A DNA stretch of 26,874 bases from a virus (taxonomy: Duplodnaviria; Heunggongvirae; Uroviricota; Caudoviricetes). Made by a program: the position numbers and the translations under genes. Location of the stretch: IMG/VR virus record IMGVR_UViG_3300046453_000093, positions 1-26,874 of that record, one strand, 5' to 3'. The notes under the pieces are model-generated. The model was given only the letters and a program-made list of their open reading frames with translations, made no database searches and had not been told where the DNA came from. Positions 16,122 to 25,671 of this stretch are shown in pieces; positions within the stretch are counted from its first letter, which is position 1; each line of letters opens with the position of its first letter.

Positions 16122-16158
16122 TTAATAGTTATAAATAAGGGATGAAGGGGATTGAAAA

Positions 16159-16341
16159 ATGAGAAATAAAAAGTATTATGCTATCTTGCAAGAAAAGTTT
16201 AAAAATGCTCAAGGCGAAACAATCATTAAGGAATACGTTCACGATGTTGAAGGCTTTGCCCCTATGATTGCTAGAAGTGAAGCAGAAGCATATGCAAAAG
16301 AAAGTGGAATGACAGTTTCATTATTCTGTGCATACAAATAA
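16159..16341 (+). CDS. small hypothetical protein (60 aa)
   Basis: AAGGGGA RBS before ATG. Confidence 0.7.
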   Translation: MRNKKYYAILQEKFKNAQGETIIKEYVHDVEGFAPMIARSEAEAYAKESGMTVSLFCAYK

Positions 16342-16606
16342 AGTGATTATTTCGCAATTAGCGAATTAAATTAGTTCTTCGCTGTGGAGGAATTGAAAAA
16401 AAGCACAGAATATTGATGGTCTTTACGACCAAGCCTTAATAGGCATAAGTTTTTCACCCAAAGGTCTTGTTAGAGCGAAGGCACTTGTCCTTGCAAGATG
16501 AAAACTAGTTTTAGGTTGTGGTAGTAATTAATCATGTTGACAAGTGGACATGATTTTCCTAAAACATTGGCACATAAGTAGTGTGGGTTATATGTGCTGT
16601 TTACAC

Positions 16607-16680
16607 GACTCCTTAGCTCAGTTGGTTAGAGCGTCAGCCTGTTAAGCTGAATGTCGTAAGTTCAAGTCTTACAGGAGTCT
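16607..16680 (+). tRNA. tRNA-Asn (GTT), no encoded CCA
   Basis: acceptor GACTCCT/AGGAGTC; D-arm GCTC/GAGC; anticodon arm TCAGC-CTGTTAA-GCTGA; T-arm GTAAG-TTCAAGT-CTTAC. Confidence 0.92.
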
Positions 16681-16787
16681 TAGTTCATTCAAATCCTCCT
16701 CGTCAGTTGATAAAATGAACTTGGTTTGCTGTTGTACCACAAACAACGGTGTTACAAGTTACAATTGTGGGGTAATTCCCACACCAA

Positions 16788-16859
16788 TGGGGTGTAATTC
16801 AGTGGTAGAAGGCAACATTTGGGATGTTGAGGTCGCAGGTTCGAATCCTGTCACTCCAA
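16788..16859 (+). tRNA. tRNA-Pro (TGG), no encoded CCA
   Basis: acceptor TGGGGTG/CACTCCA; anticodon arm CAACA-TTTGGGA-TGTTG; T-arm GCAGG-TTCGAAT-CCTGT. Confidence 0.9.
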
Positions 16860-16889
16860 TAAACAACAATAGGAAAGAAGGTAGAACGA

Positions 16890-17102
16890 ATGTACGGAAT
16901 CAGAAAAGTAAAAACGTTTCATGGTGTCAAATATGCTGTAGTAAATTTAAAGACAAAAAATGTTTTAGGTAAAGATGGGAAAACAACAAAGTTTTTCTCA
17001 AAAGAAATTGACGTGGTTGAGACTAAAGATAAAGTTTTAGTATTCGATTTCACCTTAGAAGGTTTACAACAGGCTAGAGAATGGAAAGCCCAATTAAAAT
17101 AA
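16890..17102 (+). CDS. small hypothetical protein (70 aa)
   Basis: GAAGG RBS; beta-rich basic sequence. Confidence 0.7.
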   Translation: MYGIRKVKTFHGVKYAVVNLKTKNVLGKDGKTTKFFSKEIDVVETKDKVLVFDFTLEGLQQAREWKAQLK

Positions 17103-17119
17103 TCAGAGGTGATATTCAA

Positions 17120-17320
17120 GTGGCAACCGTAACAAAAGCATTGCAAAATAATAATAAAACAATCGGTCTTGTATGGGAAACAAATGGGAAAGAAGTTATT
17201 GTTTTAGATAGAGATGTTGAAATTGATATAAATTGTGGGATTTCAATTATTGATGCAATTACAAATAAAGAAACATATTTAGATATTATAGATTTGATAG
17301 CAGAAGCACTAGACAAATGA
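17120..17320 (+). CDS. small hypothetical protein (66 aa)
   Basis: GTG start at 17120 after GAGGTGA; followed by a terminator. Confidence 0.7.
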   Translation: MATVTKALQNNNKTIGLVWETNGKEVIVLDRDVEIDINCGISIIDAITNKETYLDIIDLIAEALDK

Positions 17321-17343
17321 GATAAAAACAGTATTTTAATTGG

Positions 17344-17370
17344 TCACACCTTTCAGGTGTGATTTTTTGT
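17344..17370 (+). terminator. intrinsic terminator
   Basis: TCACACCT-TTC-AGGTGTGA then a T-run. Confidence 0.85.
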
Positions 17371-17395
17371 TTTTTAGGAAAAAGGGGGAATAGGG

Positions 17396-18670
17396 TTGAG
17401 AAGTTTCACGAACAGAGAAGGTATGACCATAACAGTTGATGAAGAACATTTGGAAAAGGCAGTGGAAGTAAAATTAGCGCTCCAAGAGAAATCCCCATCT
17501 AGAAGAATTTCTTGGTCAGAGCATAAAAAAGTTATGGAAGAAGAAGGTGTATTTAATTCTGACACTTCAGAGAGTTATAGATGCCTTGTAAAAGATTATC
17601 AAAAAATTACAGGCAAGTTAAATAATTTACCAAAACATGCTGACTTAATCTTTACTTCAAAATTGGATGCCATGAAACGTATTGTTGGTGATTTTCGTTT
17701 TGAAAAACAAATCAATCAAGATATTTTAAGGGAAATAAATAAAAATATCAGAGAAATGTCACGTACAGCAGTGATGGTAGATGAATTTAGAAATATTATC
17801 TTGGACGACATAGACTTTAGTGTTCCTCATTATATTTACGAACAACCAAAGCCAAGCAGTGGTACAAAGGGAATATTAATTGTAACTGATTGGCATATCG
17901 GTGTTAAAGTTGACAATTGTCTAGGGAATTATTACAATCTTGAAATCGCTCAAAAAAGATTAGAAGAATTAAAGCGAATTACATTGGATAAATGTAATAC
18001 ACACAACATTTCTGACTTATACATTATTGGATTGGGAGATTGGGTTGAACACATGTATATGAGAGACAACCAATCACAAGATTGTGAATTTGGTGTAAAT
18101 ATGCAGATAGCTAAAGCAGGTAAATTGTTATTTGATTTAATCATCTCTCTTGCTGAATATGCGAATATTAACTTTGCTAGTATAGGTGGAAATCACGATA
18201 GAGCAAATGGTGACAAAAAGAAAAATCATGATGGAGATAATGCAAATGTTGTAATATCAGAAAATATCAAAGATTTAATAGAGGTTCTTAAATCAAATAG
18301 TACCAAAAAGTTGAGAAGAATTAATATGTTGGATGTACAGCCTGATTCAACAGAAATAAAATTAAAGATTAATAACAAGAATTTTAAATTTTTACATGGC
18401 GATAAAGACAGAGGTGACATGAAGAAAAGATTGAAGGCACATATTTCTATGGATAATGAATTTATTGATTATCTAATTCATGGTCATCTGCATCACTATT
18501 ACTGTATTGATGATGATAATGGCAGAATGGTAATTGGTGTTGGTTGCCTAATGGGTAAAAATAATTATAGCAAGGACATTGGTGCAACAACTGACGCAAG
18601 CCAAGCTTTTATCGTTGTAGAAGAAAATGGAGATATAATACCTATTAGAATTGGATTACAAATAATCTAA
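17396..18670 (+). CDS. calcineurin-like metallophosphoesterase (SPbeta YonJ-like)
   Basis: TDWHIG, LGDWVE, GNHDR, LHGD, HGHLHH; helical N-terminal region; position before the terminase genes. Confidence 0.88.
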   Translation: MRSFTNREGMTITVDEEHLEKAVEVKLALQEKSPSRRISWSEHKKVMEEEGVFNSDTSESYRCLVKDYQKITGKLNNLPKHADLIFTSKLDAMKRIVGDFRFEKQINQDILREINKNIREMSRTAVMVDEFRNIILDDIDFSVPHYIYEQPKPSSGTKGILIVTDWHIGVKVDNCLGNYYNLEIAQKRLEELKRITLDKCNTHNISDLYIIGLGDWVEHMYMRDNQSQDCEFGVNMQIAKAGKLLFDLIISLAEYANINFASIGGNHDRANGDKKKNHDGDNANVVISENIKDLIEVLKSNSTKKLRRINMLDVQPDSTEIKLKINNKNFKFLHGDKDRGDMKKRLKAHISMDNEFIDYLIHGHLHHYYCIDDDNGRMVIGVGCLMGKNNYSKDIGATTDASQAFIVVEENGDIIPIRIGLQII

Positions 18671-18684
18671 AAGTTGGTGTAAGT

Positions 18685-19053
18685 ATGGGAATGTTCGATA
18701 AGAATTCAAGTGATAAATATAATAATTATAATAAGTGCAATTGTCCGCATTGTAGAGGTGGACATGGAATAAATAACAATTTAGGTTTAGATTTTAATAA
18801 TGGTTCACAATATGATGTCGAAGAAGAAATTAGTGCTATTGACGTTGATAGAATTGACCCTGAAGACTTGATAGAACAATATATCGAAGCAGTTTTAGAA
18901 TGTGAATGCCCTGAAGAAGTGGAGGAAGTTATGTACGAATTCTTCGATGAAGTTTTCGTTCATGCAATGCAAGAAACTTACATATCAGACATTGAAGGAA
19001 AAATTATGGCATTAAACATACTCAAAGATGGCTTTATAAGTGAGGATGAATAA
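18685..19053 (+). CDS. acidic hypothetical protein (122 aa)
   Basis: CNCPHC motif; very acidic C-terminal half; co-oriented in the operon. Confidence 0.75.
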   Translation: MGMFDKNSSDKYNNYNKCNCPHCRGGHGINNNLGLDFNNGSQYDVEEEISAIDVDRIDPEDLIEQYIEAVLECECPEEVEEVMYEFFDEVFVHAMQETYISDIEGKIMALNILKDGFISEDE

Positions 19054-19121
19054 AAAGGAGAATTCCTCGAATGTCCTTAACTAAGGATTTCTTCTTATTC
19101 AAGGGGAAGGATGACTTAAAA

Positions 19122-20156
19122 ATGAGTAATAATAAAAAGAAGAGATGTGTAACATGTGAGGATGATAGAGTCCTTACAGCGTTCTATAACACTACTAGTA
19201 AGATGTTTCCTGATGGGAAAGTTCCCATATGTAAGAAGTGTATATTAGAACAAATTGATGAAAATGATATTGCTTCCGTAAAAAGAATATTGAGACAAAT
19301 TGATAAGCCTTATATTCACACTTTATGGGAAAGTTCGTTACATTCAAAGAATGACACCTTTGGTGCATATATGAAAAATATTAACTCACTACCTCAGTAT
19401 AAAGGGTTAACTTATGATGACAGCATTGAAGAAAAGCAGTCTGAAAAAGTTGATTCAAATGAAAGAGAGGGTAAAAAATCATATTCAAATAGTGATTTTA
19501 AGATTACTGAAAAAATCATTGATAAGTGGGGCTTTGGTTACGAACCTGAAGAATATCAGCAATTCGAAAGAAAATATAATAAATTAATTCATAATTACGG
19601 TGAAAAGACAGCTTTACATACAGAGGGTCTAATCTCATACATTCGCTTTCGTGTGAAAGAAGAACTGGCAACAGCTAGTGGCAATGTAAAGGAAGCTAAA
19701 GAGTGGGGTGCTTTGGCATCAGGTTCAGCTAAAGACGCAAAACTAAATGTTTCACAATTAAGTAAAAGTGATATTAGTGGTGGGGTAGATGTAGTCTCCC
19801 AATTGTTTGAAGCAGTTGAGACTGAAGTAAGTATTATACCATTGTTACCTAAAATTCTTGAGCAACCTATGGACGATGTTGACATGGTTATTTGGGCAAC
19901 TGTTAATTATAACAGAAGGCTTGAGGATAAAGAAAAAGTTTCGTATAGAGAAATATGGAATTTTTATGATGAAATGCTTGATGAATTCTTTCAGTCTAAA
20001 GGGTACAACTCTGAAGAAAAGGAAAGATTTAAGGCAAGTAGAAATAATGTATTTAGAGATTTGAATGAAGTTTATATAGAGCCACTTTATGATGACGATG
20101 ATGAAATGGTCGAGGGTGGTGAAGAAGATGGCGAGTTACAAGAATTTTCAGAGTGA
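19122..20156 (+). CDS. terminase small subunit (SPbeta YonG-like)
   Basis: N-terminal CVTC-x24-CKKC, then ILRQIDKPY and FGAYMKNI, KWG; directly upstream of and overlapping TerL; start moved to ATG 19122. Confidence 0.75.
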   Translation: MSNNKKKRCVTCEDDRVLTAFYNTTSKMFPDGKVPICKKCILEQIDENDIASVKRILRQIDKPYIHTLWESSLHSKNDTFGAYMKNINSLPQYKGLTYDDSIEEKQSEKVDSNEREGKKSYSNSDFKITEKIIDKWGFGYEPEEYQQFERKYNKLIHNYGEKTALHTEGLISYIRFRVKEELATASGNVKEAKEWGALASGSAKDAKLNVSQLSKSDISGGVDVVSQLFEAVETEVSIIPLLPKILEQPMDDVDMVIWATVNYNRRLEDKEKVSYREIWNFYDEMLDEFFQSKGYNSEEKERFKASRNNVFRDLNEVYIEPLYDDDDEMVEGGEEDGELQEFSE

Positions 20157-21891
20157 CAATAAAAAGCACACTAATGATAGAAGTGATATATATAATCCTT
20201 CTTTTAGTTCTCCTGTAAAGCCAACTGACAGCTCTAACGGAATCAAAAAACATTTGCATAAATGGCTTGAATTTTGTTCATATCTTAGATGGTATCCTGA
20301 TATTTATTATGACATGATAAAACCTGAAGTTGGTGGAATTAAGATAGACCTATATCAAAGAGTCATGATGCGAGTATTAAGCAGATTTCAAGAAAATTAC
20401 TTCTGTATCCCAAGGGGAGGAAGTAAGACACTTGTACAAATAATGGTTGCATATCACACTGCTGTAACACATCCAAATATTACTCTAGCAATTACAGCTT
20501 CTACAAAAGAGTCTGCGGTTAAGATTTGGAAGGAAAAACATGATGAAATATTGAGATTTTATCCTGCAATGGCTGATGAAATAAAAAGTGCCAATTTTTC
20601 TAAAGATACAGGTAGAGTTGAATTTCAAAATGGTGCAGTTATTGATAATTTAGCAAATGCTCAATCATCAAAAGGACTTCGTAGACGTAGAGGTAGTCTT
20701 GAAGAATCAGCTTTGATAGATAAAGATTTATATGAAGATGCTATTGAACCCATTTTCAATATACCACGAACAACTGTTCGGGGTGATATTGACCCTACAG
20801 AATTAAATGGTCAAATAAACCGTTTTTCTACATCAGGTTATAAAAATAGTGACGAATACGAGAAAATCCTTAAAATGGTTCATGATATGACTGATTTAAA
20901 AGGTACATTTGTATTCGGTTCTGATTGGCGAATACCTGTTCACTTTGGAAGACAGAAAATTTCTATTATAAATAAGGCTAGACAGGGTAATGTTACAAGA
21001 TTCCGACAAAATTATCTGTGCGATTGGATTGGCGCAAGTAGTGGGGCTTTGATTAATGTAAGTAAATTAATGAAGGCAAGAACTATAGCAACAATTGAAT
21101 TAGAATGTCCGAAAGATAAAAGAGGGAATCTTGAATTGAATGAATACGTACTTTCAGTTGACGTTGCACGTTCTGAATTAGATGCAAATAATAAATCAGC
21201 AATAGCAGTTTTAAAAATTATTAGAAACGCACAAGGAGTCATCAGACAAGTTCATGTTGTCAATATTATTACTCCACCAAACGGACTAAATTACAAAGAG
21301 CAAGCAGTAGTGGTTAAAAAATTATTTTATAAATATGGTGGAAACCTAGACATTAATAAATCTAGAGTTAAAGCCATTATTGTGGACGCTAATGCTATTG
21401 GTCAAGGATTGGTTGAACAACTCTTAGAAGATTCAACTGACAATGAAACTAATGAAGAATTAGGTTGTTTTGCAACTATTAATACTAATGATAGACCTGC
21501 TGTACCTGACTCTCCACCATTTGTTTATTCCTTGAAGTCTCAGGGGATTAATGGTGAAATTATTCGTACTTTTATCGACTATGTTGAATCTAATAAATTA
21601 AAACTTGTCAAATCATTTGATGACATTAAAGATAATTTACCAAATAATATTGATGATTTAGACGCTGAAGTTGTATCTTCACAGATGCAGTATTTGATTG
21701 ATGAAGTTTCAAATTTAAAGTTAAAAGAGACACAAAACAAATCTGTAACAGTGGAAAGAGTGGTTAAAAGAATAGATAAAGATAGATATTCGGCTTTAGC
21801 CTATGGTTTATATTATATCAGTCTATTTCTTGAAAAAGAAGAAGATGAAGATGATATGGAGGATTTACTATTCTTCATGCACTCACTTTAG
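20128..21891 (+). CDS. terminase large subunit (YonF-like)
   Basis: IPRGGSKT Walker A; GLRR...LEESALID Walker B; RNase H-like SVDVAR...DANAIG...KDRYSALAY; start set at ATG 20128. Confidence 0.92.
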   Translation: MASYKNFQSDNKKHTNDRSDIYNPSFSSPVKPTDSSNGIKKHLHKWLEFCSYLRWYPDIYYDMIKPEVGGIKIDLYQRVMMRVLSRFQENYFCIPRGGSKTLVQIMVAYHTAVTHPNITLAITASTKESAVKIWKEKHDEILRFYPAMADEIKSANFSKDTGRVEFQNGAVIDNLANAQSSKGLRRRRGSLEESALIDKDLYEDAIEPIFNIPRTTVRGDIDPTELNGQINRFSTSGYKNSDEYEKILKMVHDMTDLKGTFVFGSDWRIPVHFGRQKISIINKARQGNVTRFRQNYLCDWIGASSGALINVSKLMKARTIATIELECPKDKRGNLELNEYVLSVDVARSELDANNKSAIAVLKIIRNAQGVIRQVHVVNIITPPNGLNYKEQAVVVKKLFYKYGGNLDINKSRVKAIIVDANAIGQGLVEQLLEDSTDNETNEELGCFATINTNDRPAVPDSPPFVYSLKSQGINGEIIRTFIDYVESNKLKLVKSFDDIKDNLPNNIDDLDAEVVSSQMQYLIDEVSNLKLKETQNKSVTVERVVKRIDKDRYSALAYGLYYISLFLEKEEDEDDMEDLLFFMHSL

Positions 21892-21912
21892 AATGTAAGG
21901 AGGTGGAATTAG

Positions 21913-23460
21913 TTGTCGGAAAATAATACAGAAACACAAAATGAACCCATTGACTATCTATTGGAGTTAAGTAGTGTACAGGACTTTATTTCCCAATATG
22001 GTTCAGGCGCAGGGCTTAAAGACGTTTCCTTAAAGGAAATCTACGATATGTTGAGAAATCCATATAAAAATATTACTAGAATTCAAAATACTTCTAGATA
22101 TTTTAGTAATAGATTTGGGATTGTTAAGGATGTCAATGAAGCATTTAAGACTTTGCCAAGCTTGAACTATCATCTAGTTTGGTCAAATTTTGAAAATCCA
22201 ACCAAGATTGCAAAATTTGAAAAGAAGATTTATGAATTGCTAGAAACAATCAATATTAAAAAGGTTGTACGTGATGGATTATCAGAGCAAGCAGAAGTAG
22301 GAACAGTTGTTGCTGTTAATAGAAAAAACAAATTCGTTCAATTCCTTGATTTAGATAAGACAAGAATAAATTCAATGATTAATGGTAAGTGGATTGTGGA
22401 AGTTGATTTGTCAACTATTTCAGGCTCAGTAAAAGACATTAAGGCTCAAATAGACTCATTACCTGAAGAAGTAACAATTGGTAAATATAATCAATATCGT
22501 GCTAAGGGTCAAGAACATCGTTTTGTACCTATTAAAAATGCACAGGTGTTAAATATTCGTGGTACAAGAAATCAGCCATTTGGTTTACCTTTGACTTTAT
22601 CTGCATGGGGAACTTTATTGCATAAGGCATTGATTGAACAGGTTGAAAAATCTATAGCTGATAGAAAAATAAAATCATTATTAGTTATGTATGTTAAAAG
22701 TATCTTACAGAATTCAGAGCCATATAAGCCACCTAAGAAAGATATTATTGATGATTATTTTAGGAATCTTACCAAGCTTATAAAGAAGAAAGATGAATCC
22801 AATAGGTCTGCAACAGATAATGTTGGCACAGGTGTCATGGTTTTGCCAAGCTTCTTCGACTTAAAAGAGGTTGAATTGGATACAGAGATGTTTTCCAAAG
22901 AGTTGTATGACAAGTTAGATAATGATTTGTTTGCAAACCTTGGAATCTCAAGTGCATTAGTCTATGGCGCAGGAAAAAATAGTAACTATGGTGTATCTCA
23001 AATGAATAGTGAAAAATTCTATCGCTATATATTTACTGCTTTAGAAGATTGGGAATATTTTTTCAATGACTTAATAAAACAATTCTTACCTAGCGGTTTA
23101 GATTGTAAGATATTCTTTGATAGAACAGCTATTGGTGATAGAGAAAGTGATATTACAGCCAAAAAAGATTTCTACATGCAGACAGGTATATTTGTACCGT
23201 ATGCTGAAACCCTTTTAGGTGTTCCTTACAGATACGCTCTTGGTCTTAAAGAATATCAAGATAAAGTACTAAAATTAAATGAGTTAATCTATCCACCAAT
23301 AAATCCTTACACCCAAACCACAGATGGTAGTGGTAATAGTGGTGGAAGTGGTGAAAGTGGCAAGAATGGAAGACCTGCAAATAAGAAAAAAGATGATTCT
23401 GAAAACAATATAAAGGCGAAAGGCAATAAGAGTAATAGTATTCCTTCCCCTTCGGATTGA
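21913..23460 (+). CDS. portal protein (YonE-like)
   Basis: 515 aa directly after TerL; AAGGAGGTGG RBS with TTG; portal-like IRGTRNQPFGLPL and LFANLGISSALVYG segments. Confidence 0.82.
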   Translation: MSENNTETQNEPIDYLLELSSVQDFISQYGSGAGLKDVSLKEIYDMLRNPYKNITRIQNTSRYFSNRFGIVKDVNEAFKTLPSLNYHLVWSNFENPTKIAKFEKKIYELLETINIKKVVRDGLSEQAEVGTVVAVNRKNKFVQFLDLDKTRINSMINGKWIVEVDLSTISGSVKDIKAQIDSLPEEVTIGKYNQYRAKGQEHRFVPIKNAQVLNIRGTRNQPFGLPLTLSAWGTLLHKALIEQVEKSIADRKIKSLLVMYVKSILQNSEPYKPPKKDIIDDYFRNLTKLIKKKDESNRSATDNVGTGVMVLPSFFDLKEVELDTEMFSKELYDKLDNDLFANLGISSALVYGAGKNSNYGVSQMNSEKFYRYIFTALEDWEYFFNDLIKQFLPSGLDCKIFFDRTAIGDRESDITAKKDFYMQTGIFVPYAETLLGVPYRYALGLKEYQDKVLKLNELIYPPINPYTQTTDGSGNSGGSGESGKNGRPANKKKDDSENNIKAKGNKSNSIPSPSD

Positions 23461-23519
23461 TAATATTGTTTAAAAAATGTATAAAAGTAGAGTTTGTATT
23501 TGAAAGGTGGTGAGACAAA

Positions 23520-25103
23520 TTGTTAAAAGATATTGTTAAATTAACTCCGACAATATACGAATTAGAATCATCATCTAATAATATATTTATGACTTTAAAG
23601 ATGGTTATCTTAACTACAAATACAAATTTAAATGGCACTAGATTTAAAGAAGACTTTATTGATGGTATTGTTGAAAATCAGAATAACTATCTAGGAATTG
23701 CCTTAGTGGTAGAAAAAGATAAGTTAGAAGCAGAACAATACGACTCTCTTACTCACAATTTTGATGGAAAAACGCTTGGAACTGATATGATTGGTTCTTT
23801 TATTTCTTTTGAAAAAGGTGAAACTGAAGATGGCGCAGTAAGTCTTATTGGTGAAGCTAGGGTTATGAAAAGATTTGGTAAAACTTGTAGTGCGATAGTG
23901 GATTTATTTCAAGCTGATAGATTACGGTTTTCCTGTGAAGTACTTATAAAAAAGTATGATAATGTTGAAGAAAATTATAGAGAAGTAAGTTATCATGGTG
24001 GAATTAATAGTCTAATAGGAAATACAGTTGTCAGTGAACCCGCTGAAGTTGATGCAAAGCCAACATTATTGGTTGCTTCGCTTAACTACGATTTAAAGAC
24101 AGAAATTTCAAATGGAGGTGCAAATATGGGTTTATCCGTTGCAGAAAAAAGAAAAATGATGAATGAATTTGCTTCTAAATTAGCTAAAAAAATTATGGCT
24201 AAAGTTAGAGCAGACGCAATGTTAGACATGGCTGAATTGGCTGAAATTAATATGGATTTAGTCGATGGTGTTATTGGTTTAATGGGTGAAGATTTCAACG
24301 CAAATTCTTATTGCGGTTTTTGGGTTGGAGAAGAATTAGTGTTTGATGAATATTTTGTGGCACAAGATTATTACAATGGCGACTTGTATATGTTTGATTA
24401 TTCAGTGAGTGAAGAAGGTGCATTATCTGTATCTAGCCCACGAAAAGCAAAATTCGAACTAGTCGAAATTGCAGAGCAAGTATTAGCTTCTATTAGCAAA
24501 AGAGCGTCAGAAATTAAAGCAGAATTGGAAGCTAAAGAAGTAGAAATCTCTTCTTTACAAACTGCTAAAGGTGATGTTGAGCTAGAATTAGAGGTTAAGA
24601 AAACTGAAATTGCTAATCTTCAGACAGAGAAAGAGAAAGTTGATAATGAATTGGCAACAGTGAAAGACGAAGTTCAATCTAAGGATGAAGCTTTATCACT
24701 TTCTGAATCACAAGCTAATGAGAGAATCATTGCGCTTGGTCAGGTTGTTGATGGCTTGAAAGATAAGCTACAGGAAGTTGAACCAATTGTAGAACAATAC
24801 AAGCAAGTTCAACAAGAATTAGCTGAGAAAGCTAAATCTGACAAGCAAAAAGAACTTGTTGAATATGCTCTTAATTCTAAAATGATTGACCAAAAAGAGA
24901 TTGAAGAAGACGAAGAAATTAAGTTAGCAATCACTGAATTGAATGAATTAAAGATTAAGGGTATTGTTGCTGACCGTATTGTTAAAAGCAATATTGAGTT
25001 AAGCAATCTTCAAGTTGAAGAAAAAAATGAAGATGTTGTAATCAATGTTAACAATACTAAAGATTATATTGCTCCTTCGTTAGAAGAGAAGTATGGTCTT
25101 TAA
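23520..25103 (+). CDS. prohead protease / scaffold fusion (YonD-like)
   Basis: N-terminal protease-like domain (TNLNG.RF, H, FSCEV, LIGNTVVSEPA); long acidic coiled-coil C-terminus; position between portal and capsid. Confidence 0.8.
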   Translation: MLKDIVKLTPTIYELESSSNNIFMTLKMVILTTNTNLNGTRFKEDFIDGIVENQNNYLGIALVVEKDKLEAEQYDSLTHNFDGKTLGTDMIGSFISFEKGETEDGAVSLIGEARVMKRFGKTCSAIVDLFQADRLRFSCEVLIKKYDNVEENYREVSYHGGINSLIGNTVVSEPAEVDAKPTLLVASLNYDLKTEISNGGANMGLSVAEKRKMMNEFASKLAKKIMAKVRADAMLDMAELAEINMDLVDGVIGLMGEDFNANSYCGFWVGEELVFDEYFVAQDYYNGDLYMFDYSVSEEGALSVSSPRKAKFELVEIAEQVLASISKRASEIKAELEAKEVEISSLQTAKGDVELELEVKKTEIANLQTEKEKVDNELATVKDEVQSKDEALSLSESQANERIIALGQVVDGLKDKLQEVEPIVEQYKQVQQELAEKAKSDKQKELVEYALNSKMIDQKEIEEDEEIKLAITELNELKIKGIVADRIVKSNIELSNLQVEEKNEDVVINVNNTKDYIAPSLEEKYGL

Positions 25104-25147
25104 TATTAAATAAAAAATATAATTAAAATCAAGGAGGAAATAAATAA

Positions 25148-25630
25148 ATGGCAATCGAAAAATTTGGTACTCATGCAGTTGGTAATTTAAATTCACGTCA
25201 TGTTGTAACTATCCCTGAAGTAATGGCGAAAGAAGCACTTGAAAATTATTCATTAGTCGAATTCGTTTATGAAGGCGGTGTTCGTAAGGCACAACCACTT
25301 TCAGATGCAACTAAGAAAGGTTTCTTAGCTTGTGCAGTTGAAATTCTTTATGGTAACGAACCAATGAAGGAATTCTATATTGGTGCGGGTGAATATTTCC
25401 GTACAATTCACGCTGAAACAGGTGTTCGTTTTGAAACATCAGGATTTGTTCAAATCACTGCTGTTGCTCCTGCTGTTGGTCAGTATGCTTCATGGGATGC
25501 TACAGCTAAAAAATTCCAGTTAGAAGCAGTTGCTAGTGCAACATCAGCACAAGTATTTCAAGTCGTAGATGTATTAAATGGCGAATATGGCTTTGGTTTA
25601 CCAATGGTGCGTTTAGAAACAGTAAAGTAA
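25148..25630 (+). CDS. head decoration / cement protein (YonC-like)
   Basis: 160 aa beta-rich; strong AGGAGG RBS; between scaffold and capsid. Confidence 0.7.
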   Translation: MAIEKFGTHAVGNLNSRHVVTIPEVMAKEALENYSLVEFVYEGGVRKAQPLSDATKKGFLACAVEILYGNEPMKEFYIGAGEYFRTIHAETGVRFETSGFVQITAVAPAVGQYASWDATAKKFQLEAVASATSAQVFQVVDVLNGEYGFGLPMVRLETVK

Positions 25631-25671
25631 TTCAAATAAAAAATGATTAATTTTTAAGGAGGAAATAATAA

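Noticed and set aside
16715-16972. 85-aa ORF
   Set aside because: Overlaps tRNA-Pro and the better-supported 16890-17102 gene
18703-18732. Fourth box-containing promoter upstream of terS
   Set aside because: Box is degenerate at both ends, -35 is poor (AATTCA), and it lies in an Asn/Lys-rich coding stretch; kept only as a weak copy
9341-21891. Inteins or introns in RecD2 or TerL
   Set aside because: Lengths are ordinary and motifs are contiguous; no splice-junction signatures
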